Source of the DNA: the human T2T-CHM13v2.0 reference genome, Homo sapiens
Assembly (NCBI RefSeq): GCF_009914755.1
Contig: NC_060928.1
Direction: 5' to 3' (one strand)
Length of the DNA stretch: 64,000 nucleotides
Part shown: positions 61,045-64,000 of the stretch, one piece after another
How positions within the stretch are numbered: position 1 is the first letter of the stretch
Layout: the number at the start of each line of letters is the position of its first letter
The notes under the pieces: generated by a model
Seen by the model: only the letters and a program-made list of their open reading frames with translations
The model's database searches: none
What the model was told of the DNA's origin: nothing
Position numbers and translations under genes: made by a program

Positions 61045-62283
61045 AAGACTAGATAGCCAAGAAGGAAGTTGGACCCCACCTCAAGCCATGTGAAAAATTA
61101 ACTCAAAATGGATCAAAGATCTAAAAGTAAGAGCCCAAATTATAAAACTCTTACAAGAAAACATACAGACAAATCATGACCTCTGAATTGGTGATAGATT
61201 CTTAACTATGATACTATAAACATAAGCAACAAATTAAAATTGGATAAATTGTACTTTATCAACATTAAAAACATTTGTGCTTCAAAGAAAACTATCAAAA
61301 AAGTGAAAAGACAACCCACGGATTGGGAGAAAATATTTGCAAATTGTATATATCATAAAAGACTTGCATCTAGAAATATATAAAGAACCATTACTACTCA
61401 ATAATACAAGGACGCCCCAGTTAAAAATCTTAATGCATTTTTCAAAAGAATTAAATAGACATTTTTCAAATAAGATACATAAATGTATAATTAGCACATG
61501 AAAAGATGCCCAACATCATTAGTATTCAAGGAAATGTAAATCAAAGTAATTAGATACCACTGCCCACCCCTTTGGTGGCCATAATAAAACATTCAGAGAA
61601 TCGCAAGTGTTAGTGAGAATGTAGAAAATCAGAACCCTCATACTGTGCTCGTGGGAATGTAAAACAGTGCAGCCACTTTGGAAAACACTGGCAGTTCTCA
61701 AAAAGTTAAACGGAGCCACTGTATGACCTAGAATTTCCACTCCTAGGTATATATCCCAAATAATGGAAACTGGTACCCACATAGACACTTTTGCGCCAAT
61801 GTTCATTGCAGCATATTTCACGATAGCCAACAGATGCAAAGAACCCAAGTGTCCATCAACAATGAATGGAGAAGCAAAATGTATTATATCCCTTCAATGG
61901 AATATTATTCAGCCATAAAAAGGGATGAAGTGCTAGCACATACTACAATATGAATGAATTTTGAAAACAGTAAGTGAAATGAAAGAAACCAGTCTCAAAA
62001 AAGCCACATATAATGCCATTTGTATGAAATGTCCAGAATAGACAAATATATAGATACAGAAGTAGATTCGTGGTTGCTTAAGCCTGGGGATATGGGGAGC
62101 TTGGGGTGTGACAGGGAAAGGTTGTGCGACTCCTTTTTGAGGTGATAACATGTTCTAAAATTGTGTGGTGATAGTTGCACAACTCTAAAAATGTCATTAA
62201 GTGGTACTGTCTAAATAGGTGAATTTTATGATATGTGAATTACGACTCAATACAACTGTAACCAAAAAAGAAAAAGAAAAAAG
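61045..62283 (+). mobile_element. L1MB 3' portion
   Basis: aaaattaactcaaaatggatcaaaga ... 3'UTR gatagttgcacaactct ... ggtgaattttatgatatgtgaatta, A-rich tail. Confidence 0.9.
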
Positions 62284-63874
62284 AACTCACAGCTCACTCT
62301 GCTTCTGCACAGCACAAGACCTCCTTGCTACTCTAGTTCAGCAAGTATCCACCCAGGGACGTGACAAATCCTGCAGTAGCAAATCCACTGGCTGAGTGAT
62401 TTCGCTCATGCTCCCCTTACATGGGGAAGGGGGTCAAATAAGCAGCTTTACACAATCAATCAATAGCTCTCTTCCTCACATCAGATCCATTTCTTGCATA
62501 GAAACTAAAAGTAGCTAATGGTACCTATCCTGGAGGTAGGGTATAGATTATGTAACTTTTTGCTCTTTTTAAGAAAATCTTGCAGATAGGTTTAGCAATC
62601 TTTTGTAAGACTATGATGTGCTTAAACATGTGTTATCCTCAGATGCAATTCTAAGACAGGAAAAGTCTCATTTAATACCCTATACATTAATATATAATAA
62701 TATATTGCAGGTCTTATTTTCTTAGTCTAATATTTTACACTAAAAGCAGACATGCTTCAGGAATAGCCACATTATTGAACACTGCTAAACTATAATTTTG
62801 TGCAGAAATTAATATTATAGAATACTATCTGATTATATTTATCAGAAAAAGGACGTTTGCAGCTTAATTTGAATTTTCTATAATTTTCCTTTTTATTCTG
62901 TAAATTATGTAATGTATCAACCCCATGAGCTTAACAAGAATTCTTTACTTAGTATCACTAAGAGTCACAGCTGACAAGAGAAATTCTCTTAATAATTTGA
63001 CATCAGATTTGATTTATTTTTTTAAAAAGCATTTTCTGATTCCTTTATTTTATGAAGTTATATTAATTATTAGATGCTTTTTAAATATTTTCCACGTGTA
63101 TCCAAAGAACAGGTAATTAGGTTGTCCATTATTTTGATGATACAATTTTATCATCACAAATCCAGATGGGTCACAAAATAAAATTGATCCTAGTATTTAA
63201 ATATTGTCAGCAAAAAATACTTGAATAATAATTCAATAACTCCAAGCCCCTTTTTTGTAAACATTCTCCAAAATTACATTGGTCGATATCAAGTCTTTTA
63301 TTTGATAACTGCTGTAGGTAATAGAAAATGAAGAAAATACTGGTGAGCTAAATAAATATTTCTGTTTTCATTGATCTTTTAATCCAGAAAAGAAGAATGA
63401 GAAATAAAAATAGTATCACCAGAGCACTGATAAAATGATATTATAAGTGCATTGATGCTGAATTACGTAATAGAAAAATTTGTTAGGTTTGTAGGAGGGG
63501 GTGTAGAGGGAAATAGTAGAAAAAAAGATTACCGAAGGGTACTTAATCTACTTTTATTGTTAATTTATTATGGCAGTTCCATTTGATTTCTTTGTTATTC
63601 AAAACCACTGTTTTATAATTTTCTGGCCCAAAGTAATTTTGGCTATCTTATGTGTTGGACAGTTTAAAAGAGTCTGTAGCACCTATTTTCTTTTCAAAAA
63701 TGCATTGTTATGTACTGGCACTATTTCCTGAGGAAATTTCTCATTATGTCTTTAGCCGTCTACATGCCTACCTTGGTATTGGGGACTATTGTTTCCACCA
63801 GGAAATGCTGAAAGGTGGGAAGCTATAAAGATCATAATTGAACCTACCAATTTCTGTTTCCTATGTGAGCCTAT

Positions 63875-64000
63875 GCATAATAATAATGTAGACATCCCAG
63901 TAGCTAAAATCTATTGAGCACTTTCTATGTGCCAAGAACAAATGCTTTAAATATTAGCGCATTTAACTGCCAAAACAAACATGAGGTAGCACTACTATTA
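63875..64000 (-). mobile_element. MIR, truncated by the window edge
   Basis: agctaaaatctattgagcactttctatgtgcca ... atttaactg ... atgaggtag. Confidence 0.7.

Overview
AT-rich, repeat-dense primate genomic DNA. It is very probably human, because it carries an Alu with AluYa5 diagnostic bases at 12723-13022. I recognise no intact protein-coding gene, rRNA, functional tRNA, CRISPR array or CpG island. The supplied ORFs are either explained by Alu, L1, LTR and simple-repeat sequence or are short chance frames; the only clearly protein-derived ones are decayed L1 ORF2 pieces. The window is a layered transposon record: L2, MIR, MamSINE1, L1M and MER DNA transposons (oldest), ERVL/MaLR/ERV1 solo LTRs, L1PA 3' fragments and Alu J/S/Y. 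Most interesting are a complete LTR12 (ERV9) solo LTR with 15 CCAAT boxes, a young AluYa5, a TSD-less AluY that probably marks a recombination deletion, an unassigned ~1.3 kb composite insert splitting an L1M endonuclease region, several template-switch and duplication scars, and two candidate exons near 59 kb. I did not find convincing evidence of a new biological system. Subfamily names come from my recall of consensus sequences, not from a search, and boundaries of old elements are approximate.
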